DNA of 64,000 nt from Candidatus Eremiobacteria bacterium. Lineage in GTDB: Bacteria; Vulcanimicrobiota; Vulcanimicrobiia; Vulcanimicrobiales; Vulcanimicrobiaceae. The DNA is taken from NCBI GenBank assembly GCA_963758295.1, contig CAVWUU010000002.1, forward strand, positions 160,001 through 224,000, in the 5' to 3' direction. The translations under genes were made by a program, and so were the position numbers. The notes beneath the pieces are model-generated. The model had not been told where the DNA came from. It saw only the letters and a program-made list of their open reading frames with translations, and made no database searches. Positions 20,891 to 29,926 of the stretch are shown here, one piece after another (position 1 is the stretch's first letter; each line of letters opens with the position of its first letter).

Positions 20891-21030
20891 GGATCCTGGC
20901 GGAAGGTGGCTCCCCGGAACGTCCGTAAGTCAGGTAAGCAAGTGTTCCTTGAACATGGGCGTCCGCGCCCCCATGTTCCTGTACCCTTACCGCCACTCAA
21001 GGTCTTGGGTTCGCAGTAAACACACTCGGC
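20891..21030 (-). ncRNA. Candidate structured RNA (6S-like or cis-regulatory); family and strand uncertain
   Basis: Nested stems GAACATGGG/CCCATGTTC and GGTAAG/CTTACC fill the intergenic gap. Confidence 0.35.
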
Positions 21031-21044
21031 GCGCTTAAGGAATC

Positions 21045-22259
21045 ATGCATGTAGGTTCGGATAACGTTCGCGCTTTCGTCGAGCTCGACGAGAAATACGG
21101 CGCACAGAATTACCATCCGCTTGACTTAGTGGTCGAGCGGGCCGAAGGCGTCTGGTTATGGGATGTTGACGGAAAGCGCTACCTCGATTGCATCAGTGCG
21201 TATTCCGCGGTCAATCAGGGGCATTGCCATCCGCGAATCGAGGCGGCGCTCATCGAGCAAGCCTCCAAAGTCACGCTCACTTCACGAGCGATGCGGAACG
21301 ATCGCATGGGGGCCTTCCTCAAAAAGCTCACGGAGTTTTCCGGCTTCGAAAAAGCGCTTCCAATGAACACCGGCTCCGAAGCGGTAGAAACGGCGATCAA
21401 ACTTGCGCGGCGCTGGGGCTACGAAGTCAAAGGTATTCCCGCGAATCAAGCCGAGATCATCGTCTTCTCTAACAATTTTCACGGCCGCACGACCGCTATT
21501 ATCAGTGCGAGCACCGAAGAGTCGTATCGTAAGAATTTCGGACCGTACACGCCGGGATTCGTCTTCGTTCCGTACGGCAGCGCCGACGCGCTCGAACGCG
21601 CGATCTCGCCGAACACGTGCGCGATTTTAATCGAACCGATTCAGGGCGAAGGCGGCGTCATCGTTCCGCCCGAGGGGTTTCTCAAGCGCGCGTGGGCCTT
21701 GTGCAAAGAGCATCAAGTGCTTTTCATCGCGGATGAAATTCAAACCGGATTCGGCCGCACCGGGGACCGTTTCGCATGCGACTACGACGGCATTGCGCCC
21801 GATATTATGATCGTCGGCAAAGCGCTCGGCGGAGGCTATTATCCGGTTTCGGCAGCACTTTCGAGCGCGGCCATCATGTCGCTGTTCAAGCCCGGCGATC
21901 ACGGAAGCACGTTTGGCGGAAACCCGCTGGGCTCCGCGGTCGCGCAAGCCGCGCTCGACGTGTTGATCGATGAAAACCTCGCATCGCGCGCCCGATACGC
22001 CGGCGCAAAAGTAATGCAAGGTCTGCGCGCCGTGCGTTCACCGCTCGTCAAGGAGATTCGCGGCCGCGGCTTGCTCGTCGGCATCGAGTTGACGATCCCG
22101 GCCCGCAGACTCGCTTATGCCCTGCTCGACCGCGGCATCGCAGCCAAGGACACGCACGAAAACGTCCTGCGCATCGCCCCGCCGCTCGTCATCGACGACG
22201 CCGCCATCGATTTTCTGCTCGAACAATACCGCGACGCGTTCGCCTCTTTGTCATCGTAG
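21045..22259 (+). CDS. rocD: Ornithine--oxo-acid aminotransferase
   Basis: NYHPL, SAYSAVNQGH, LTSRA, EPIQGEGG, DEIQTG, GKALGGG, HGSTFGGNP. Confidence 0.93.
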   Translation: MHVGSDNVRAFVELDEKYGAQNYHPLDLVVERAEGVWLWDVDGKRYLDCISAYSAVNQGHCHPRIEAALIEQASKVTLTSRAMRNDRMGAFLKKLTEFSGFEKALPMNTGSEAVETAIKLARRWGYEVKGIPANQAEIIVFSNNFHGRTTAIISASTEESYRKNFGPYTPGFVFVPYGSADALERAISPNTCAILIEPIQGEGGVIVPPEGFLKRAWALCKEHQVLFIADEIQTGFGRTGDRFACDYDGIAPDIMIVGKALGGGYYPVSAALSSAAIMSLFKPGDHGSTFGGNPLGSAVAQAALDVLIDENLASRARYAGAKVMQGLRAVRSPLVKEIRGRGLLVGIELTIPARRLAYALLDRGIAAKDTHENVLRIAPPLVIDDAAIDFLLEQYRDAFASLSS

Positions 22260-22316
22260 CTATTTTCCTAAAGCTCGTCGAAGGACGGGCGCATCAATCA
22301 CTACTAAGGACCCAAT

Positions 22317-22354
22317 AAAAAAAGGCGTATATCGGCACGAACCGATATGCGCCT
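22317..22354 (-). terminator. Rho-independent terminator of the M61 pair
   Basis: Stem AGGCGTATATCGG/CCGATATGCGCCT with an A-run on the + strand. Confidence 0.75.
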
Positions 22355-22424
22355 GTGGTTGGACAATTGACCATGACGGAGCGCTACGGGCGCGCGCTAA
22401 GCGGCGCCCGTTTCACCCAGACCG

Positions 22425-24221
22425 TTACCGAGAGCGAGGTTTGATGACGTCGCTAAGGCGGTCGGGAGTGCCCTTGATGCGGACCAGGTGAGGGTAGCGA
22501 GGGCCGCCGTGGTAGTCGATTTCGATCGTGCGGTACATATCGCCGTGGGTCACGATCAACGCGATCGGTGTCTTTGAGGTTTGCGCTTCCTTCAACGCGT
22601 TGTACAACGCATCGGAGGTAAAGTCCCGACCGTTTACGGCGACGATCTTCGTGTCGACGCCCAAGCCGGCGTTCCATGCGGGCGATCCGTGTTTGACGTC
22701 GGAGACCATACCGGAGGCCGATGTCGCGATACCAACCGAATACCAGAAGTTACTCTTCTCGACGAAGTGCTGCGGTTCGCTCGTGTATACGAGTTTCCAA
22801 CCGTCGGCGGTAAAACCGTCCGGCGGATGAAGCGTGACGTTATCGATCCAGGTATGGAAGAAAGACGTCCAATCGTACGGCGCAATCTCGTTCAAGCCGG
22901 CGATTATGTCCTTGCGCTCGTACGTCGAGACAATCGGACCCGTGTTGTGTTGGCCGAAGAACGCGCGCGCGAAGTCATCAAGCGACGAACGGCCGTGCGT
23001 TTGCGCGCGAATGATGCTGTCAGCTTTGAGCCACATCAGCTCGCCTTCGGAGTAGTAGTCGACCCGCCGGCGTTCAGCGCTATATCCGCGCGGCGCCTGA
23101 TACAGGAACCATGCGGAAACTGCCGTGTCGACGAGCGGGCGCCATTCGCGGCCGGGTTCGTTGTCATAATAGGCGTACGTCGCGGCGACGTGATCGGTCC
23201 ATTCCTTCGGGTCGCGAATGCCGTCGCGCCAAGACATGACGTTACCATAGTATTGCGTCATGCCTTCATAGACCCATAGCAGCGAATCGTTCACCGGAAG
23301 CTGAAAGTTCGCCTGATATAAGCCCGCCGGCATACGGTACTTTCCGTCCCACGAATGATTGAACTCGTGCGAAAGCAAATCGCCGCCGCCGTCGAGCGCC
23401 TTCTCGTTGATGAGGTAGTCGCCGCCTTCACCGTCATCGGAAGACTCGTGATGTTCGATGCCTTCGCCCGGAATAACGTCCGAGAGCGTCAATAGGAAGT
23501 TGTAGTTGCGCCAATGGCGGCCGCCGTACATCGCCAGCATTTCGCGCACGAGCTTGCGGTAGTGATCGATCACCTTGTCGCTCGCATTTAGTTCTTCGGG
23601 GGTATCGGCAAATGCATTAAGATACGCGGCGGAGTTGCCTTCATGCCATAGCTCCCATCGGCGGAAATTCGTGCCCATGTCGAGCGGCGAATCTACGAGA
23701 TGTTCGAGCGACGTCGTATCCCACGTCACGGTTGCGCCGTGTTGCTGCGCCCCCGTTAGCGCCGTCGCGAAGCGCCAATCGCTTCCCGGAAGCACGAGAC
23801 GCGGTTTAAGCATCGTGCTCTGGATGGTGCCGGTGGAGGGATAGAGCAGATCCTGATCCCAGTTGATCGCGGCCATGTTCGGCGACGCCAGGCGAGCATT
23901 GGAATATCCGCCGAACGTTGCACCGAGATATTTAAGGTCGACGCTAATCGAAGAGACGCCGGCCGGCACGTTCGTTCTGAACGCAAACATGTCGTGTGGA
24001 TTGCGCGTCCACGGAATCGTCTTGCCGTTTGCTTTGATGACGATGCCGGTAAGATTTACAACCGGCCCGACCGGGCCGTGCTGTCCCGGGATGAACTCCG
24101 GATAGTACAGCGTGATCGGCCCCGAATGCACCGGAATGATCTCATGCGTGCCGATCACATTTTGCGTCGCGATCTTCGATGCGTCGACCGTTAGAACGAT
24201 CGCCGGTGTTGCGGGAACCAT
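22425..24221 (-). CDS. M61 glycyl aminopeptidase with PDZ domain (copy 2)
   Basis: GIEH, HEFNHSW, LWVYEGMTQY, C-terminal PDZ. Confidence 0.9.
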   Translation of the reverse strand: MVPATPAIVLTVDASKIATQNVIGTHEIIPVHSGPITLYYPEFIPGQHGPVGPVVNLTGIVIKANGKTIPWTRNPHDMFAFRTNVPAGVSSISVDLKYLGATFGGYSNARLASPNMAAINWDQDLLYPSTGTIQSTMLKPRLVLPGSDWRFATALTGAQQHGATVTWDTTSLEHLVDSPLDMGTNFRRWELWHEGNSAAYLNAFADTPEELNASDKVIDHYRKLVREMLAMYGGRHWRNYNFLLTLSDVIPGEGIEHHESSDDGEGGDYLINEKALDGGGDLLSHEFNHSWDGKYRMPAGLYQANFQLPVNDSLLWVYEGMTQYYGNVMSWRDGIRDPKEWTDHVAATYAYYDNEPGREWRPLVDTAVSAWFLYQAPRGYSAERRRVDYYSEGELMWLKADSIIRAQTHGRSSLDDFARAFFGQHNTGPIVSTYERKDIIAGLNEIAPYDWTSFFHTWIDNVTLHPPDGFTADGWKLVYTSEPQHFVEKSNFWYSVGIATSASGMVSDVKHGSPAWNAGLGVDTKIVAVNGRDFTSDALYNALKEAQTSKTPIALIVTHGDMYRTIEIDYHGGPRYPHLVRIKGTPDRLSDVIKPRSR

Positions 24222-26074
24222 TACTCTTTTCTCCGTGGTTTAACGACGTCCGAAAGACGATCGGTCTGGCCGCCGATGCGAACCAGATGCGGGTAGCGCG
24301 GCCCGTCATGGTAATCGATGGAAATGGTGCGATACGTATCGCCCGCGTTCATCAGCAAGCGAATCGGTTTGTTGGAGCCTTTCGAGGCCTTCAGCGCATT
24401 GACCAAACTGTCAATTGAAAACGCGCGGTCGTTCACCGCAACGATTTTCGAACCGGCGCCGACCGACGCGTTCCACGCCGGCGATCCGAACAGCACATCC
24501 GAAACGCTGCCGTCGTCACCGACGGTCATGCCGAGCGAATATCGCAGGTTGCTCTTCTTGACGTAGGTTTGCGGTTGGTCGGTGTACACGAGCTTCCATC
24601 CGTCGCGTTCGAAGCCGGCTGGAGCATGCTGCTGTACGGTATACACTTTTTCGCGTAAGTAGGAAGCCCAGTCGTAGGGCTCAACGGCGTTGAGCGCCGA
24701 CACGATATCGTCGAACGTGTACGGCACGACCATCGGAGGCGTATTCTCGCGTCCGAAGAACGCTCGCGCTACGTCGTCAAGCGATTTCGTTCCGTTCGAC
24801 TTCTCGCGAATGATTGAGTCGACGTCGAGCCACATCAGCTCGCCTTCGCTGTAGTAATCCGCACCGCGGCGTTCCGCATAGTATTCGCGGCTCGCGCCGT
24901 ACGAGAATTGTACGCCGCGTGCCGTGTCGACGAGCGGACGCCACAAACGACCCGGCTCCGTATCGTAGCTCGCATACACCGATGCAACGTGGTCGGCCCA
25001 CGCCTTCTGCGGGCGCACACCGTCGCGGAACGAGACGACGTTGCCGTAGTACTGCGTCATGCCCTCATAAACCCAGAGCAGCTCACCCTTCATAGGGTCC
25101 TGGTAGTTCGCCGTAGCAAGACCGGCCGGACGGCGATACTTTCCGTTCCACGAGTGATTGAATTCGTGCGACAGCAGGTCGCCGTGCATTTGAAACGCAG
25201 CATCGTCGGTGAGGAAGTTGCCGACCGTGCCGTCGTCGCTTGACTCATGGTGTTCGAGGCCTTCGCCCGGGATCACGTCCGAGAGCGTGAGTAAGAAATG
25301 GTAGTGCCGCCAGTGGCGCGCTCCGTAAAGGGCGTCCATTTCGCGAACGAGGTTTTTCAGCTTCTGCACCGTTTCAGGCGAAGCGTTGAGTTCTTCGGGC
25401 GTGTCGGCAAACGTATCGATTTCGTTCGTGAAGCCGCCTTCGTCGAGCAGCATGAACTTCCGATAGTTGACGCCCTGGAAGAAGGGCGAGTCCACAAGCG
25501 TTTCCAGGGAAACCGGATCGAAGCTCACGCGATCGCCGCTTTGCTGTGGGTTCGGAAGCGCCGTACCGAAGTGCCAGTTCGCGTCCGAGAGCGCAATGGA
25601 GGGCTTCACGATCACGTCGTGCGCCGAAGCGCCCTGCGGATACATGACGACTTCGTTCCATTCCAGAGCGGAGAGATTCGGCGCGGCCAGACGGCTGCGC
25701 GCGCTCGCGAGGTAAACAAAATCGACGTCGATGCTGGACGCGCCCTTCGGCACGTTGAGATGGAAGGCATACATGTCGACGTCGTCGCGGTCCCACGGAA
25801 CGACGGACCCGTTCGCATGCACGACGAGTGAAGCAACGTCGCCAATCGGTCCGTCGGGCGAGTGCGCGCCCGGAATCCATTTGGGATAGACGATCGTCAT
25901 CGCGCCCGGCGTGGCGGGAATCGTTTCGTGGACCGTAATGATGTGTTGATTAGGAAGTTTTGAAGTATCGACTGCAAGCGTGATGGGCTCCGCGGCCGCG
26001 GCGTGCGACACGCACGCATACGACAACGAAAGCGCAGCAATAACCACGCTCGCTCCAAACCTGAAAGAGTGCAT
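24221..26074 (-). CDS. Secreted M61 glycyl aminopeptidase with PDZ domain (copy 1)
   Basis: Signal peptide, GLEH, HEFNHSWNGK, LWVYEGMTQY. Confidence 0.9.
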   Translation of the reverse strand: MHSFRFGASVVIAALSLSYACVSHAAAAEPITLAVDTSKLPNQHIITVHETIPATPGAMTIVYPKWIPGAHSPDGPIGDVASLVVHANGSVVPWDRDDVDMYAFHLNVPKGASSIDVDFVYLASARSRLAAPNLSALEWNEVVMYPQGASAHDVIVKPSIALSDANWHFGTALPNPQQSGDRVSFDPVSLETLVDSPFFQGVNYRKFMLLDEGGFTNEIDTFADTPEELNASPETVQKLKNLVREMDALYGARHWRHYHFLLTLSDVIPGEGLEHHESSDDGTVGNFLTDDAAFQMHGDLLSHEFNHSWNGKYRRPAGLATANYQDPMKGELLWVYEGMTQYYGNVVSFRDGVRPQKAWADHVASVYASYDTEPGRLWRPLVDTARGVQFSYGASREYYAERRGADYYSEGELMWLDVDSIIREKSNGTKSLDDVARAFFGRENTPPMVVPYTFDDIVSALNAVEPYDWASYLREKVYTVQQHAPAGFERDGWKLVYTDQPQTYVKKSNLRYSLGMTVGDDGSVSDVLFGSPAWNASVGAGSKIVAVNDRAFSIDSLVNALKASKGSNKPIRLLMNAGDTYRTISIDYHDGPRYPHLVRIGGQTDRLSDVVKPRRKE

Positions 26075-26119
26075 GCCGCACGGTACGCGTGAAGCGCTCG
26101 CGGCCCTTCAGCGATTACG

Positions 26120-26587
26120 TCAAAGGTTCTTCAAATGAATGACGTCGAGCACCATCTCGTTTCCGTCGACGAAGCCAAGGGACTCGTAGAGCGGCCGGCC
26201 GGCGCGCGAAGCGCGCAACCGAACGGCGGAGCAGTCTCGTTCATGGCAAGCGGCGATGACCCGCTCGGTTAAGGCACGAGCGAAGCCGCGCCGGCGGTAT
26301 GCCGGGTCCGTATAAACGCCGGCGATCGTTGCTTGGCGCCCAACCAGCGCCAGCGACGCGGGCGTCTCTATAAAGAAGGCGGCCGCGGTTGCGACGATCC
26401 GGCCCGCATGCTCCACCACGAACCACAGGGCCGTTCCTTCACGGATACTGGACGCTATGTGCGGCGCAACGATCAGAGGCCAGCCCGGGTCAACCTGAGG
26501 GAGAAGTAAGCCGGACTCATCCAGCATGTTGTACCAGCAGCGAGCAAGCGTTTCGGCGTCAGGCGGTGCCGCGAGGCGGATGTCCAT
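26120..26587 (-). CDS. GNAT family N-acetyltransferase
   Basis: VYTDPAYRRRGFA, LYESLGF. Confidence 0.88.
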   Translation of the reverse strand: MDIRLAAPPDAETLARCWYNMLDESGLLLPQVDPGWPLIVAPHIASSIREGTALWFVVEHAGRIVATAAAFFIETPASLALVGRQATIAGVYTDPAYRRRGFARALTERVIAACHERDCSAVRLRASRAGRPLYESLGFVDGNEMVLDVIHLKNL

Positions 26588-26591
26588 GTCG

Positions 26592-26621
26592 TTGACACTT
26601 CTTCGTCGCCCGTGCTATCCT
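26592..26621 (+). promoter_or_regulatory. Sigma70 promoter of the infC operon
   Basis: TTGACA-N18-TATCCT with extended TG. Confidence 0.65.
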
Positions 26622-26627
26622 GCCGAA

Positions 26628-26810
26628 GCCGAAGAAGCCTTCTCCATGGACATAGCTCTAACGCGTGTCGAAGGAGAGAGCTCACCGGATGCCCACGGGC
26701 TATCCGGTTTGGCTTACCAGAAGTAAGTTGGACTTATTTTTAGTAAGCCATCACTCGAGGAGCCGACGGTAGGTTCCGCTTGTGGGGTTGCTTCGGCAGC
26801 GCCATTTTTT
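26628..26810 (+). ncRNA. Structured infC leader with terminator (L20-leader-like attenuator)
   Basis: Several stems; terminator hairpin with UUCG loop and U-run at 26783-26810; 5' GCCGAAG is complementary to CTTCGGC in the terminator. Confidence 0.6.
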
Positions 26811-26852
26811 GTTTTCCGGGGAACCCGGAAAAATCGTGTAGGAGTATTTGCC

Positions 26853-27497
26853 ATAGCTCGACCGCTCAGAGTCAACGAACAGATCCGCATTCGTACGGTC
26901 CGCGTGATCGACGAAAACGGCGAACAGCTCGGCATCATGCCGACCGAGGACGCCCTTTCGCGCGCTCGCACCGCCGGACTGGATCTGATCGAGATCTCTC
27001 CCAACGCCCAGCCGCCCGTCGTAAAGATAGGCGACTTTGGCCGGCTAAAATACGAGCAGTCGAAGAAAGACAAAGACGCCCGTAAAAAGCAGCGGAACTT
27101 CGAACTAAAAGAAGTGAAGCTGCGTCCGAAAATCGAGACGCACGACTACGAGACTAAAGCTCGTATGGCGGAGCGCCTTCTGCTGGACGGGAGCAAGATC
27201 AAGGTGACGATCATGTTCCGCGGGCGTGAGATCACCTACACGGCATTCGGGCGGCGATTATTGGATCGCATGGCCGAAGATCTGGCGCCGTTGGCCACGG
27301 TCGAACGCGAACCGCGGCTCGAAGGAAAAAACATGTTCATGATCTTGGCGCCGCGTGCGACGCCGAGTGGTCCACCGAAGTTCTCCTCGCAACACGAGAA
27401 AGAACATCATCGCGATCATAAGGACGAGGTTGCGCCTGAAGCGCAAGCAGAACTGCAAGACGTGAACGCAGCAATTGAGGAGCCTACCAGTGCCTAA
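26853..27497 (+). CDS. infC: Translation initiation factor IF-3 (non-canonical ATA start)
   Basis: AGGAG then in-frame ATA-GCT-CGA...; RVNEQIR, KEVKLRP, FRGRE. Confidence 0.95.
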   Translation: MARPLRVNEQIRIRTVRVIDENGEQLGIMPTEDALSRARTAGLDLIEISPNAQPPVVKIGDFGRLKYEQSKKDKDARKKQRNFELKEVKLRPKIETHDYETKARMAERLLLDGSKIKVTIMFRGREITYTAFGRRLLDRMAEDLAPLATVEREPRLEGKNMFMILAPRATPSGPPKFSSQHEKEHHRDHKDEVAPEAQAELQDVNAAIEEPTSA

Positions 27498-27696
27498 AAT
27501 TCGTACCCACCGTGGAACCGCGAAGCGCGTCAAGGTGACGGCGACCGGCAAAGTAATGCATCGCCATCAGTTTGACGGTTGCGGACACATTCTCAGCAAG
27601 AAGTCGCGCAAGCGCAAACGGAAGTTCCGTAAGGACCAGCCGACGTTCAAGGGCGATCTGAAGCGTTTAGCGCCGACGATTCCGTACCTGGTTTAA
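27490..27696 (+). CDS. rpmI: 50S ribosomal protein L35
   Basis: MPKIRTHRGTAKRVKVTATGK; between infC and rplT. Confidence 0.96.
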   Translation: MPKIRTHRGTAKRVKVTATGKVMHRHQFDGCGHILSKKSRKRKRKFRKDQPTFKGDLKRLAPTIPYLV

Positions 27697-27710
27697 GGGG
27701 AGCCGAGTAA

Positions 27711-28070
27711 ATGGCACGCATCAAACGTGGTGTACACGGGCTCAAGCATCGCCGCAAGGTAATGAAGCTCGTGAAGGGCTTCCGCGCCGCTCGCCGTCGC
27801 AACTATCGCGTTGCGAACGAAGCGCTGCTAAAGTCGCTGGCATATGCATTCCGCGATCGTCGCGTCCGCAAGCGCGATTTCCGTTCGCTCTGGATCAGCC
27901 GCATCAATGCCGCCGCTCGTCGCGAAGGCATGACCTATTCGGTGTTCATGAACGGCTTGAAAAAGTCGGGCGTAGCGCTGAACCGCAAGGCGCTCTCGGA
28001 GCTGGCAATCTCCGACTCGCAGGCCTTCGGCTCGCTGCTCAAACTTGCAAAACAGGCCGCCGGCAAGTAA
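27711..28070 (+). CDS. rplT: 50S ribosomal protein L20
   Basis: MARIKRG, RDRR..KRDFRSLWISRINAA, LNRKALSELA. Confidence 0.97.
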   Translation: MARIKRGVHGLKHRRKVMKLVKGFRAARRRNYRVANEALLKSLAYAFRDRRVRKRDFRSLWISRINAAARREGMTYSVFMNGLKKSGVALNRKALSELAISDSQAFGSLLKLAKQAAGK

Positions 28071-28098
28071 CGCCGGTCCTTAAAGCAACTCCAGGAAG

Positions 28099-28132
28099 AA
28101 GCCCGGTCAGAACTGATCGGGCTTTTTCTTTT
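28099..28132 (+). terminator. Rho-independent terminator after rplT
   Basis: AAGCCCGGTCAG/CTGATCGGGCTT followed by a T-run. Confidence 0.8.
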
Positions 28133-28210
28133 CCCATTGTTGAGCGTCTGACAGTGGTGAATCGTGAAAGCTCCTGCGGGTAAATTCATACTGAGGAGGC
28201 TAACTTTAAA

Positions 28211-28582
28211 GTGACTGACGTACCAAACCGCGCACCCTGGATTAATCTCGTAGTAGGCATCATGGCGATCATCGCGCCGTATGCGCTCGGCTCCGCCGAC
28301 CCGGCTACCAAATGGAGTTCGGTAATAACCGGAATCGTTATCGGGATCGTTGCGATCATCGAGCTGTCGATGGATCGCAAACACATTGCCACCTACTGGC
28401 CGGTCGTGAACATCGTTGCCGGCATCTGGCTGATCATTTCGACTTCGCTCGCCGCCGGCAATACCGGAGTCATCTGGAACGACATCGTGCTCGGCGTGAC
28501 GGCACTCGTTACCGCCATCGTTGCACTGTCGTACGATCGGATGCACATGATGCATCCGGGCGCATCGCCGATGATGCGCTAG
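28211..28582 (+). CDS. SPW-repeat membrane protein
   Basis: Two WxN..G.W/M...(S/A)P-like repeats, 4 TM; GAGGAGG RBS. Confidence 0.75.
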   Translation: MTDVPNRAPWINLVVGIMAIIAPYALGSADPATKWSSVITGIVIGIVAIIELSMDRKHIATYWPVVNIVAGIWLIISTSLAAGNTGVIWNDIVLGVTALVTAIVALSYDRMHMMHPGASPMMR

Positions 28583-28585
28583 AAC

Positions 28586-28627
28586 AAATAAAAGTCCCGC
28601 GCTTCAGAGCCCGGGACTTTTTTATTG
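28586..28627. terminator. Bidirectional terminator
   Basis: AAAAGTCCCG/CGGGACTTTT with A- and T-runs. Confidence 0.75.
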
Positions 28628-28730
28628 TGCCCGAGCAATCGATTCGAGAGCGGCTTGGAAGGCTTGCAAACAAACCGTCTTCTAATGCATTTTCAATCTC
28701 GCGTTCGGCTATAATCGTGACGATCTCCAT
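28628..28730 (-). pseudogene. Truncated DUF1992-like gene remnant
   Basis: MEIVTIIAEREIENALEDGLFASLP resembles the DUF1992 N-terminus; the frame then runs through the terminator into the opposite gene. Confidence 0.5.
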
Positions 28731-28764
28731 GTTGCTTTAAGCCTATCATGGGAAAACTGTAGGC

Positions 28765-29259
28765 ATGAAGTGGATAGCGAGTTTTATGACACTAGCGTTT
28801 GCCGCTGTTCTAACGGGCGGCGTGCAAGCAGCCTCCTCATCGAACGACGCATCGTTCGTGCAGAGCGCGCAGTCTGAATTGCTCGGACAGTACGCGCTTG
28901 CAACGATGGCCAAGAGCAAAGCGCAAGACCCTCAGCTGAAGTCAATCGCCTCGACCCTCGCAACGAATGCGGGCACAGCGACGCAGTTCCTGAAGACGTA
29001 TGCAGCGCAGCATAGCGTTTCCGTCGACAACAAGCCGACGATCCGTGCCGACGCGCAGTACGGCGATATCCAAGCGCTCAAGGGAAAAGCGTTCGACCAG
29101 AAATACGCCATGGACCTGAACACGGACGCGCAGATGGCGCTCTCGTACTTCCAAGATGAAGCGCAGAGCGGCAGCGATCCGGCGTTGAAGGCCTTCGCCA
29201 AGAAGGAAGCCGCCATGCTGCAACAAGCAAGCACGGTTGCGCAAAAGGTCTCACACTAG
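28765..29259 (+). CDS. Secreted DUF4142 (ferritin-like) protein
   Basis: Signal peptide, D.SFV..A, G.AFD..Y, G.DP.LKAFA. Confidence 0.75.
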   Translation: MKWIASFMTLAFAAVLTGGVQAASSSNDASFVQSAQSELLGQYALATMAKSKAQDPQLKSIASTLATNAGTATQFLKTYAAQHSVSVDNKPTIRADAQYGDIQALKGKAFDQKYAMDLNTDAQMALSYFQDEAQSGSDPALKAFAKKEAAMLQQASTVAQKVSH

Positions 29260-29285
29260 TCCGCGTACGGGGGAACGTCATCCGT

Positions 29286-29311
29286 AACGCCCTTCGGGGC
29301 GTTCTTTTTTT
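29286..29311 (+). terminator. Rho-independent terminator
   Basis: AACGCCC-TTCG-GGGCGTT plus T-run. Confidence 0.75.
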
Positions 29312-29926
29312 ATGACCGCTATGCCGGTATTGGAGCCGCTCCCAGGCGCGCCGCCGCCGGTGCGTCGAACGGTGTTTGTCATGCAGCCCTCACTCGCCGG
29401 CGACGAGGCGCTGGCCGACGCCTTCGCGGCGAAGCAGCGCTGGGCGTTTGACGAAGCGTACCGGCGTTACGGCGCGTTATTGTACACGGCCGCCGTCAGG
29501 GTCTTGCACGATTCCGAAGACGCAAAAGACTGCGTGCACGACGCATTGACGAGAGTTTGGAAGTCGCCCGATGCGTACACGCGGTCGCGCGGCGCCGTGC
29601 GCAGCTTCTTGGCGGTCTGCGTTCGCAATGAAGCGATCACGCGTCTACGCGCGAAAACTCGCCGTGCGCGGCTTGCCGAACGCGTTGCGGCCGAGCCGGT
29701 GGAACACGATGAATTACGCGTGGTCGACACGGTCGAGAACGACCGGCTTCATCGTGCGCTTGGCGATCTTCCTCCGGAGCAACGGCGGCCGATCGAACTC
29801 GCCTATTACGAGCAAAAGACGCATACCGAAATCGCACGAGAATTGAATCAGCCACTGGGAACGATTAAGAGCCGTATTTCTCTCGGTTTGCGAAAGCTTG
29901 GCGTCTCGCTGGGCCGAGGACGATGA
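29312..29926 (+). CDS. ECF sigma factor (SigK-like); true start may be downstream
   Basis: Region 2 AKDCVHDAL..VW; region 4 LPPEQR..IELAYY...EIA..L..PLGTIKSRI. Confidence 0.9.
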   Translation: MTAMPVLEPLPGAPPPVRRTVFVMQPSLAGDEALADAFAAKQRWAFDEAYRRYGALLYTAAVRVLHDSEDAKDCVHDALTRVWKSPDAYTRSRGAVRSFLAVCVRNEAITRLRAKTRRARLAERVAAEPVEHDELRVVDTVENDRLHRALGDLPPEQRRPIELAYYEQKTHTEIARELNQPLGTIKSRISLGLRKLGVSLGRGR

